From IMG/VR virus record IMGVR_UViG_3300032116_019333, positions 1 through 57,791 of that record: 57,791 bases of DNA, one strand, 5' to 3'. Of this stretch, positions 29,797 to 38,013 are shown in pieces. The position numbers were made by a program, and so were the translations under genes. Numbering within the stretch: the first letter of the stretch is position 1; every line of letters begins with the position of its first letter. A model generated the notes under the pieces. The model ran no database searches. It saw nothing but the letters and a program-made list of their open reading frames with translations, and was not told the origin of the DNA. The DNA is from a virus (Duplodnaviria > Caudoviricetes).

Positions 29797-30903
29797 CTAT
29801 ATTGGGATTTGGATTCTCGCGGTAAGACCCGTGCTACCGTTGGGTTCTATTCTAAGGGTGCCTCCGTTTTTTTCGATATGACGACGTGCGATCGGTAAGC
29901 CGAAGCCACTTCCTGAGGGTTTTGAGCTACCTCCGGGAATGAATTCCTGAAGCTTCTTAATTTCGGATTCCTCCAAAGGTCCGCCCATATCGCAGATCAA
30001 CATCTCGAAGACACCTTCGGTAACATGCGCGGAAATAAATATCGTAGCATCTACAAAACCCGACTTCTTCTCGTGTACTTCAATAGCATTCTTTATTAGG
30101 TTTGTGATTGCCATGACAAATAGTGGACGGGAAACCGGAAATAGCAGATCGGCGTCTATTTCAATCTCGGACTTCACCAATTCGCAAAGGCCACCGCGAG
30201 CCTCGATATTCTCCCTGGCGGTTCTTTCAGCGTCAAAGACCATGGATGCAACGTTCTCTTCGCTTTTTTTAGCCTCTACGTCTCTGGCAAAATTACTAAT
30301 ATCTATTGTTAGAGACTCCATGTCCTCGATGCTTGAATTGATCCGCTTGATCTCTTCTTCGGAAGGAATCCCCCCTGCGGCAGTACTTTCGCCCATTCTG
30401 CGAACGACTTCTTTCAATGGGGTCAGGATTGTTTTGAAGTCGTGTACTACAGAGCGGAGATACTCATCGCTCTGGCGGTTCGCTAGATCGATTGCCATCC
30501 TTGTCGCATCCACCCCAAATCGAATCCGGATACCTTCAAGAATCTTCTGGAGTCCCCTGTGGCGTGATCTGGCACCGCCTCTGGAGTCTGGCATTCGGCG
30601 TGCCAGGGCGATAGCGGCCATTCGAGAAACAAACGAGTTCTGATCGGCCGCTAACCTCGGGGCAAGCCTACGAAAGAGCTTTTCTGGAAAATTCGGCAGG
30701 CTTTCAGCAAACACCATTCTAACTTCCCACTTGGGATCGCTAGATAGAATACTGACTAGGGCAAATGAATCATCTGTGGGCCTTGCCGTCATCATATCAC
30801 GGCATGCAATTTCCGCCAACATCCGGCGATCAGTCCACGGTTCGACGTCAGCCTGCCTCTCCAGGACATCACGAGTCAGTTTTTTGATTTCATCGGGTTC
30901 CAT
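29797..30903 (-). CDS. Cytoplasmic histidine kinase with HEAT-like N-terminus
   Basis: H-box VVHDFKTILTPL, N-box NLIKNAIE, G1 DMGG, G2 GSGFGLPIA; DPKWEVR/DQNSFVS HEAT-like repeats; no TM segment. Confidence 0.85.
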   Translation of the reverse strand: MEPDEIKKLTRDVLERQADVEPWTDRRMLAEIACRDMMTARPTDDSFALVSILSSDPKWEVRMVFAESLPNFPEKLFRRLAPRLAADQNSFVSRMAAIALARRMPDSRGGARSRHRGLQKILEGIRIRFGVDATRMAIDLANRQSDEYLRSVVHDFKTILTPLKEVVRRMGESTAAGGIPSEEEIKRINSSIEDMESLTIDISNFARDVEAKKSEENVASMVFDAERTARENIEARGGLCELVKSEIEIDADLLFPVSRPLFVMAITNLIKNAIEVHEKKSGFVDATIFISAHVTEGVFEMLICDMGGPLEESEIKKLQEFIPGGSSKPSGSGFGLPIARRHIEKNGGTLRIEPNGSTGLTARIQIPI

Positions 30904-30916
30904 CGAATGTGTGCTG

Positions 30917-32809
30917 TCAGTATTTGTATCTTTCCTTCCTTAGCTTGAAGGCCTCTTCCCCCCCTTCAAGAAGAGTCACAATATCATCTTTGCATGTATC
31001 CACGTCACCAATGCGAACTACCGCACCCTTCGTCCGACTCGAATCCATTACGAATACCCTGGCGGCCTCCCCGAGAACAGGAATGTTTGGGTTGTGCGTG
31101 GCGAAAATCATCTGTCGGCCTTTTGTCGCCCTTCTAATGGAACGTACGACTGTTCGATAGACATAACTATTGTCCAGATTGTCTTCTGGCTGATCGACGA
31201 CTAGCGGGTTGATACTATCGAAAAGAATGATCGGAAGAATGGCAGTGCATTTCTGCCCCGTGGACAGAGATCCTGACTCACGATATTCTCCACGTTCTTT
31301 CAGTGCTACGTATGGAGCGTCTTCAAGCGCGACAGTTTGAAGGGCGAAGAGGACATCGATCCGTGCCAGCGCGGGAAATATCTCTTCCGATTGATTTTCG
31401 TTGAGGCCGCAAGCCTTACTGAGTTTCTCGCGGTCTCCACTCTGGATAAGCTCAACCAATCTCTGCGGGGGCACAGAATCAGACACCTTTTTAGCCACCT
31501 GGATGCGCCGGGTTGACGTGTTTTTCAACAACTCTTCCAAATGTGCACGGTAAGAGCTTCTGTCGCCAAATTGTTCAATAGTTACTCTGATTTCGGGGCC
31601 GAGTGCACTGTTCAGCTCTTCTGCTATGCCGAGTCGAATATTGAACCGCGTATCAAATAATTCAGATAACTCAGCTAATTGAGAGTCACGCTTGGTTCTC
31701 ATTTCGTCCACGGTTTTTTTAAGGTCTAAGAGCTCTCTCTTTTTGAAAAGCAGTTCATTACGGCGCTTTTCGAATCCACTCCTCTCATTGGATCGGATCT
31801 GGACCTCTTTATGTTTTTCCATCAACTGCCTATACAAGGCTTCTTGCTCAGCGTGTAAATTCTCAAGAACCCCTTTGTCTGTCGTGATCCTCTCCCATCC
31901 CTTGCCAAGATTATCGAGTATTGAACGGATCTGCTCTTCAAGTGTAGCTGAAATCTGATTCAAGTATTGAATCATAGGCTCGATACACTGTTGGTTTGGG
32001 CCATGAAGAAGTTCATCATTAAACAGCATGTTTAATTCACTCTGCATCCGACCGGATAGTGACTTGGCCGTTTTTCCAGTGTCTTGAATAATGACTTTAA
32101 TCGCATCGACTGCCCGCATTTCGCGATCCCGAAGCGAGCGATGCGTTATTGCTATGTTGATTGCATCAGCGTTAGGTCCTTGGGCAACTCTCATCCCTTT
32201 GAGCTTTTCCTCAAGAACGGGCAATTCTTTGATTTCCTCCTCAAGATTTTGAATCTTCGACATTAGAGGAAGAATTGCTGTAGACGCATCATTTATGGAT
32301 TCTTGAAGAATTGAAATATCCCACTCGATTGCGCCAATCTCTCCGTTACTGAACTTGTCTAGCAGGTCCAGCTTGTAGTGGGCCGTTTCGGCAATGCTTT
32401 CCATCTGATTTTGGCTAAGTATGTCGGACCGGAAGAGATAGCCGCCCAGCACTTTGACCCCATTGATCAACTTCCCTTGGGCATCTTGAGCGACTGGTTG
32501 TTCCCCAGCACTTCTTGAGATTACATAGGTTGCCCCGTCTTTAGTTTCGACGGTCACTTCGACTCTGCCACCGCCTAAATTCGCTTCGATGATGTTCTCG
32601 ACTCTCTTTCGTAAAGGGTCTCCTTGTCGCCCAGGCATGGCGTCAATAGCGAAGCGGGTCAACTCAATGACTGTTGTCTTGCCGGCTCCGCGTGGCCCGA
32701 TGATGCAATTAAGCCCATCAAGAAATTCGATGTCTAACCCGTCGAGAAAGCCTCCGGTGATTCGAAGTCTCTTGATAAGGTGATGCGGTCGATTGGTGTT
32801 GTCGTTCAT
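30917..32809 (-). CDS. SMC/Rad50-like coiled-coil ABC ATPase (TrlF/Ppl-like ATPase without PHP domain)
   Basis: GPRGAGKT, long coiled coil, LSTGQ signature, VVDQPEDNLD, ATHNPNIPV. Confidence 0.85.
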   Translation of the reverse strand: MNDNTNRPHHLIKRLRITGGFLDGLDIEFLDGLNCIIGPRGAGKTTVIELTRFAIDAMPGRQGDPLRKRVENIIEANLGGGRVEVTVETKDGATYVISRSAGEQPVAQDAQGKLINGVKVLGGYLFRSDILSQNQMESIAETAHYKLDLLDKFSNGEIGAIEWDISILQESINDASTAILPLMSKIQNLEEEIKELPVLEEKLKGMRVAQGPNADAINIAITHRSLRDREMRAVDAIKVIIQDTGKTAKSLSGRMQSELNMLFNDELLHGPNQQCIEPMIQYLNQISATLEEQIRSILDNLGKGWERITTDKGVLENLHAEQEALYRQLMEKHKEVQIRSNERSGFEKRRNELLFKKRELLDLKKTVDEMRTKRDSQLAELSELFDTRFNIRLGIAEELNSALGPEIRVTIEQFGDRSSYRAHLEELLKNTSTRRIQVAKKVSDSVPPQRLVELIQSGDREKLSKACGLNENQSEEIFPALARIDVLFALQTVALEDAPYVALKERGEYRESGSLSTGQKCTAILPIILFDSINPLVVDQPEDNLDNSYVYRTVVRSIRRATKGRQMIFATHNPNIPVLGEAARVFVMDSSRTKGAVVRIGDVDTCKDDIVTLLEGGEEAFKLRKERYKY

Positions 32810-32862
32810 CGCGGTGCAACTCTATGCGCAAGTCTGCGTAAATGCAGCATTTAGATGCGATT

Positions 32863-33010
32863 TTCCCGTATGGATTGTTTTTTCCCATACGGGAATCGGA
32901 TGGCGTCCAATGCCTCCGCGTGGCCTCCCATACGGACAGGCCGCATGGGAATCTGGACCCCATGAGGCCTTTATTTTTCGAAATATTTGGGCGGTTGGGC
33001 TCCCATACGA
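32863..33010. promoter_or_regulatory. Cluster of CCATACG(G)-type operator-like repeats in a divergent intergenic region
   Basis: Perfect 11-bp inverted repeat 32863-73/32885-95; 10-bp inverted repeat with one mismatch 32926-35/32941-50; fifth copy 33001-10. Confidence 0.7.
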
Positions 33011-33138
33011 ACCCTCCTAAACCGCCCGTCTGCTGGTGTTGTGAAACGAATTTTCACCCCACGCTTTTCGGGTCGCTCGGATGTTCCGGGCTTCCGGCTC
33101 CCGAACCGATTTCGGTCAATCGAAAATAAATTACCATC

Positions 33139-33492
33139 ATGATTAACGAAAAAATGCATTTGGAGCCGCAAAGCTGCGGCAATTATCGCGGCCTTCCCGC
33201 CGCGTGCAAGCAACTCCTGCGCATTATGCAGGAAAACCCGTTTAGCCGAATCGAGAATCTGTCCGTAATCAACGGCCAACCTCAGTTCGAGCAGACGACC
33301 AAAGTCATCGCCGAGCACAAGTTCGGGGCGAATGACGGCCCGCGCCGCGAGGCCGAACTCACTGACTTCGTTTTGAAGAAGGAGCACATTGAGCTTTTCA
33401 AGCAGCTCGAAGTCGTTGGGAGCGGAGTGATTCTCGCGCTCGAAGTCCGTGGTGGCCTGCCGTTCCGCATGCAAAGCGAAGTGGCCGCATAA
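33139..33492 (+). CDS. Hypothetical protein, first gene of the rightward early operon
   Basis: 117-aa ORF divergent from the ATPase operon, upstream of the sigma-like gene. Confidence 0.6.
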   Translation: MINEKMHLEPQSCGNYRGLPAACKQLLRIMQENPFSRIENLSVINGQPQFEQTTKVIAEHKFGANDGPRREAELTDFVLKKEHIELFKQLEVVGSGVILALEVRGGLPFRMQSEVAA

Positions 33493-33535
33493 GCCGTCTC
33501 ATCATTATCTAACAACCAGACAACTGGCCGGGCCT

Positions 33536-33593
33536 AAGGGGCAGGTCGTTGTGGGTGTCGCATCAGCGATCTCACGACGGCTTGCCCCTTTTT
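33536..33593 (+). terminator. Long hairpin plus U-tract (attenuator or terminator) before the sigma-like gene
   Basis: 20-bp stem whose only non-Watson-Crick pairs are G-U, capped by TCGC-ATCA-GCGA, followed by TTTTT. Confidence 0.6.
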
Positions 33594-33671
33594 CATTCCC
33601 GGCAACATCCGCCCTGACGCCAACCGCGCCACCCCAACCGACGCCCTTTGACACCCGGCTGCCAAGGCCGG

Positions 33672-34244
33672 ATGAAAACTAACAGCTACGCGGGTATCCA
33701 CCCGCACATCGTCGCCGTCATCGCACGGAAAGCACAAAAACTCATCGGACGCTATGGCCTCACGGCCTCCGACGTCCATGACATCGAGCAGGATCTACAC
33801 TTGAAGGTGTGGGCCTCGCTGCCGGGGTTGAACACGACCGTCTTCGAGGCGTCCGTCAACCAGATCGTAAATCACGAGATCATCGACTTGATCCGCAAAC
33901 GCGAGCGCGAATGCCGCGACTGGCGTCTCATCGCATTTTCAACAGATGACCACGTTGCGGGGTGCGACTGTGAAGACGAGCAGGAGAGCTACTCGGACAT
34001 CCTCGACGAGGATCTTCTTGTGGGTCTCGGATACTCGCCGTCTTGGCAGGCTCGCCGATGGGAGCAGGCTGACTTCGACGATGGCATGGCTCGCCTTCCT
34101 GAGGATCTTCGTGACTTGGCCGAAACCCTCGACGCATGCGATGGCAACCTCTCGGCGGCCGCCCGCATGCTCGGTGTGTCGCGCAAGAAAGCTCGCATCA
34201 TGCTCGCTCGTCTGCAGCAGGCGATGGCATGGCTGCGTGAATAG
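33672..34244 (+). CDS. ECF/sigma70-like factor
   Basis: Region-2-like DVHDIEQDLHLKVW...IIDLIRK; region-4 RLPEDLR...LSAAARMLGVSRKK. Confidence 0.7.
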   Translation: MKTNSYAGIHPHIVAVIARKAQKLIGRYGLTASDVHDIEQDLHLKVWASLPGLNTTVFEASVNQIVNHEIIDLIRKRERECRDWRLIAFSTDDHVAGCDCEDEQESYSDILDEDLLVGLGYSPSWQARRWEQADFDDGMARLPEDLRDLAETLDACDGNLSAAARMLGVSRKKARIMLARLQQAMAWLRE

Positions 34245-34260
34245 CTATACCAGCAACACG

Positions 34261-34302
34261 TCACCCGCTCCGGTTCGCCGGGGCGGGTGATTTTGTTTCT
34301 TT
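34261..34302 (+). terminator. Intrinsic terminator after the sigma-like gene
   Basis: TCACCCGCTCCGG-TTCG-CCGGGGCGGGTGA followed by TTTTGTTTCTTT. Confidence 0.8.
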
Positions 34303-34341
34303 CAGGGGCCAATCAACGAATGCGCCATCGCAGTAGGAGAT

Positions 34342-35676
34342 ATGGACCTCCTACCATTCCAACGAGAACACGCCCGCCGGGTGATTGATGCTCTTCGCCG
34401 CCACCGCACGGCACTCGATGCCAGCGACCCCGGTGTCGGAAAAACCTACGTTGCGTCCCAAGTCGCCAAGACGACCGGGTTATCGCTGCTCGTGATTGCC
34501 CCGAAACCGGTGCTTCCGGCGTGGCGCAAAGTCGCCGCCGCATTTGATGCGCCGGTCACTCTGATTACGAACTTTGAGCAGATCCGTTTGGGCAAGACCC
34601 CATACGGCAGATTCGTGGACAAGCGATTCGTTTGGTCGGTGCCAACCGGAACGCTTCTCGTCTTTGATGAGGCTCAGAAATGCAAGGCGCGCGAGAGCTT
34701 GAATGCGGAGATGCTGATCGCTGCGAAACGGCAAGGCATCCCCACGTTGTTGTGCTCAGCGACGGCTGCCTCAAACCCGTTGGAGATGCGGGCCATCGGT
34801 TACGCGCTCGGCCTACACCGGCTCCACGATTATTGGCCGTGGGCGATCAACCACGGCGTTCAAAAAGGCCGCTTCGGGATGGAGTTCAATGGCGACCATG
34901 ATGCGCTCTGGAGGCTCCATAGTCAGATATTCTCTCCCGGTGGCCCCGGATCTCGCTTGAGAATCGCCGACATTCCCGAGTTCCCCGAAAGCCAGATCAT
35001 CGCCGAGCCGGTCGCGACCGGGGAGGAGCGGAAGATCCAGCGGATCTACGATCAGATGACGCGTGACCTCAACCAGGCACTAGCTGTCGAAGATCATGAC
35101 GAGTTGTGCGACCTAGCCGTCCGGATGGACGCTACCAAAGCGAACCATCTGACCATCCTGCTGCGGGCGCGGCAGCAGATCGAAGCGCTCAAGGCCAAGA
35201 CCATCGCGGCCATGGCGAAGGACGCTACTGACGAAGGCATGTCCGTCGCGGTGTTCGTGAACTTCGACGAATCCATCGACGAGGTTGCCAAGTTGTTGAA
35301 AACCTCCTGCGTCATCCGTGGTGGCCAGCGTGATGCCGACCGCGAGCAGGCGATCCGCCGTTTCCAGGCGAATCAGGAGAATTTCATTGTCTGCAACATT
35401 CGCGCCGGTGGTGTTGGTGTCAGCCTCCACGACCCGACCGGAGGCAAGCCGCGGCTCGCGCTGATTTCGCCGACGTATTCCGCGCAAGATCTTCGCCAGG
35501 CACTTGGCCGCGTCCATCGGGCGGGCGGTGCCCACTCGATCCAGCGGATCATCTTTGCTGCCGATACTGTCGAGGAACGGGCGTGTGAGGCGGTGTCCGC
35601 AAAGCTCGCCCACATCGACCTTCTCAACGACGGAGATATGCAGGGCCAATTTCTAATCCCCGCATCGCAGGAGTGA
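34342..35676 (+). CDS. SF2 (SNF2-like) helicase
   Basis: DPGVGKT, FDEAQ, SAT, GGVGVSL, QALGRVHR; AGGAG Shine-Dalgarno. Confidence 0.88.
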   Translation: MDLLPFQREHARRVIDALRRHRTALDASDPGVGKTYVASQVAKTTGLSLLVIAPKPVLPAWRKVAAAFDAPVTLITNFEQIRLGKTPYGRFVDKRFVWSVPTGTLLVFDEAQKCKARESLNAEMLIAAKRQGIPTLLCSATAASNPLEMRAIGYALGLHRLHDYWPWAINHGVQKGRFGMEFNGDHDALWRLHSQIFSPGGPGSRLRIADIPEFPESQIIAEPVATGEERKIQRIYDQMTRDLNQALAVEDHDELCDLAVRMDATKANHLTILLRARQQIEALKAKTIAAMAKDATDEGMSVAVFVNFDESIDEVAKLLKTSCVIRGGQRDADREQAIRRFQANQENFIVCNIRAGGVGVSLHDPTGGKPRLALISPTYSAQDLRQALGRVHRAGGAHSIQRIIFAADTVEERACEAVSAKLAHIDLLNDGDMQGQFLIPASQE

Positions 35677-35678
35677 AT

Positions 35679-36785
35679 ATGGACACAATCATTCCCACTC
35701 CCGCCGAGGATCGGCCACACGCCGAACACTCACCCAGCTCGCTCTCACTCAAGGAAGTCTGCCCGGGATTCCGCCCGGACTCCAAGGCATCCGTCGCCAG
35801 CGAGGAAGGATCACGTTGCCACCACGCACTTGAAACCAGCAAGGACGATGGGCTGGACGACGAACAACTTCAGGTGGTCGGAATGTGCCGCGACTATGTG
35901 GCCGGCGTCGAAGCCGATGCCCGCGCTCATGGCGATGTCACGATCTTGCGTGAGGAAAAACTCACCATCGCCGGTGGCCTGACCTTCGGCACCGCCGACC
36001 TGGTGATCGTTTCGGCCAAGGCAACCGCCGCCGACCTCATTGATTTCAAGTTCGGGCGTAACCCGGTAGCCGATGCCGAAGATAACGTGCAGATGCAGTG
36101 CTACGCGCTCGGGGTGTTTGAGAAGTTCCCCGGCGTCCAGACGGTCAACGTCCACATCCTGCTTCCCCGTCGCGACGAGGTTTCGACGGCCGCCTACCAT
36201 AGGGCGGATGTCCCGCGTCTGCGGCTGAGGATCGAGACGATCATCGCTCGCGCATCGCAACCCGACCCGGAACTCCACCCAACGGATGGATGCCTGTGGT
36301 GTGCCCGTAAGGCGACCTGCAAGGCTCTTCACAACCACGCATTGACGCTGGCCTCCGGTTACTCCGACGAGCTTGTCATTCCCGACCAAGTTCACCCGTC
36401 TAACATCACCGACCCCTCAATCATGGCGCGGGCACTTCAAGTGGCCCGCGTGATGGACAAGTGGTGTGAGAGCGTCCGCCATCACGCCCTCAAAATGCGC
36501 CTCTCGGGTGTCGAAATCCCCGGCCACGAGCTTCGGAGTCGCTCGGGAAACCGGAAGATCACTGACGCCCTCGCCGCGTGGGGCGCGGTTCGCGACCGCA
36601 TCGATCCCGACCGCTTCATCGCGTGCTGCGAAGTCAGCCTGGCCAAACTCGAAGACGAGGTGGCTGCCAAAGCCCAGAGGGGCGGCAAGGCCAAGGCTAA
36701 ACACGAACTCTGCGAATCCCTCGCCGCTGTCGGTGCCTACGAGGCCGGCGGCGAGATGACCTATCTCACCCGGACGCGCAAGTGA
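35679..36785 (+). CDS. PD-(D/E)XK exonuclease (DUF2800/Cas4-like)
   Basis: GTADLV, IDFKFG, QMQCYALG, CLWC...C cluster. Confidence 0.85.
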   Translation: MDTIIPTPAEDRPHAEHSPSSLSLKEVCPGFRPDSKASVASEEGSRCHHALETSKDDGLDDEQLQVVGMCRDYVAGVEADARAHGDVTILREEKLTIAGGLTFGTADLVIVSAKATAADLIDFKFGRNPVADAEDNVQMQCYALGVFEKFPGVQTVNVHILLPRRDEVSTAAYHRADVPRLRLRIETIIARASQPDPELHPTDGCLWCARKATCKALHNHALTLASGYSDELVIPDQVHPSNITDPSIMARALQVARVMDKWCESVRHHALKMRLSGVEIPGHELRSRSGNRKITDALAAWGAVRDRIDPDRFIACCEVSLAKLEDEVAAKAQRGGKAKAKHELCESLAAVGAYEAGGEMTYLTRTRK

Positions 36786-36829
36786 ACGGGCAACCAACAA
36801 AACAACAAAACAACATACGAACCAAAGCC

Positions 36830-37567
36830 ATGCTTACATCGTTCAAACGCCAAGAAGGGGCCGCCCCAGCGGCCGTAGCCGAACCCGTTCAGCCGGTCAT
36901 CCCGGTTGCGGATGACATCCAAGACCACGAGGAAACCTCGCTTTCCTCGCTACCGTCCCGCCCACTCGAAGGGGAGTTCCTGCCGCAGGATTTTGTTCTG
37001 CCGCGCCTTAACCTCGTCCAGTCGGTCGGTCCGCTGTCGGAGACGTTTCAGCCAGGAGCCTACGTCTATAACAAGGAGGTGACGCTCTCGGACGGCACCC
37101 AGCCGGTGTCGCTCACCGTGCTGCGCATCCGCAAGCAATACCAAGAATACGTTGCCTATGGTGGCGAGGAAATGCCCCGCGTGTTCGACACGCTGGAGGA
37201 AGTCCGCGCTGCTGGTGGCTGGATCGACTGGCGCGACAACCAACGCCCGCCGTTCTCGCCAATCCTCAACGCGTTGGTGCTGGTGAAGTCCCCGTTCCCG
37301 GAACACCCGATGTTTCCGCATCACTTCGGTGAGGATGACTACGGGCTTGCCCTCTGGACGCTGCGCTCCACCGCATTCACCCGTGCTGGCAAGACGATCA
37401 TCACCGCTTCGCAGTTCGCTCTCCGCGACGGCCTGCACCTTGGTGAATGGTCGCTGACCTCCCGCCGCGAAAAACTCGGCATGAACTTCGTCCACGTTCC
37501 GGTGCTGCGTCACGCCACCCGCCACAACGACGAGTTCGCCGCCTTCGCCCTGTCTCTCGTCGGATAA
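36830..37567 (+). CDS. Putative single-stranded DNA-binding/annealing protein
   Basis: DFVLPRLNLVQ pattern; lies between exonuclease and PolA. Confidence 0.55.
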   Translation: MLTSFKRQEGAAPAAVAEPVQPVIPVADDIQDHEETSLSSLPSRPLEGEFLPQDFVLPRLNLVQSVGPLSETFQPGAYVYNKEVTLSDGTQPVSLTVLRIRKQYQEYVAYGGEEMPRVFDTLEEVRAAGGWIDWRDNQRPPFSPILNALVLVKSPFPEHPMFPHHFGEDDYGLALWTLRSTAFTRAGKTIITASQFALRDGLHLGEWSLTSRREKLGMNFVHVPVLRHATRHNDEFAAFALSLVG

Positions 37568-37635
37568 TTCGGGCGACTCCAACAAAGCGCGACCGGGTGG
37601 GGCCAATCCCATCCGGTCGTGTCGCAGTTGGAAGT

Positions 37636-38013
37636 ATGGCCCAACCAAAACCAAATGAAACAAGTCCGGCCTCCGCATCCGCAATCCATCGCGAGCTTCT
37701 CGCGTGTCTGATTCGAGCGGGGGAATTGAGTGTTGAATGGAAGCTCGTGCTGTGCGCGACGCATTCCGAACCCCGCCTGCCGAAATTTGCTCGGCTGGCA
37801 ATCGCGCTGGTCGCCTCACGCGCCCAGTCCAAGTGCGTCGCTGTCGCGGATAACGTGATCGACGGAATGCTGTCGCTGGTTCGCGGCGAACGTCAACGAG
37901 TGACGCGAAAGCTCCGCTCGTGCCAAGCCGACCTGGCATTTCTCGGGGCTGCCGACCGGACGGTGGCAGCCATCATCCGCAAATCCACCACCCGCGCTCG
38001 TCATGGCAACTGA
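37636..38013 (+). CDS. Hypothetical protein
   Basis: ORF fills the gap and overlaps the PolA start. Confidence 0.4.
   Translation: MAQPKPNETSPASASAIHRELLACLIRAGELSVEWKLVLCATHSEPRLPKFARLAIALVASRAQSKCVAVADNVIDGMLSLVRGERQRVTRKLRSCQADLAFLGAADRTVAAIIRKSTTRARHGN

Noticed and set aside
35679-36785. Cas4-like nuclease as a sign of CRISPR-Cas
   Set aside because: It sits in a standard helicase-exonuclease-SSB-PolA module. No cas1/cas2 or repeat-spacer array was seen.
36950-37939. 329-aa minus-strand ORF
   Set aside because: Antisense to the SSB-like gene, Arg-rich shadow translation.
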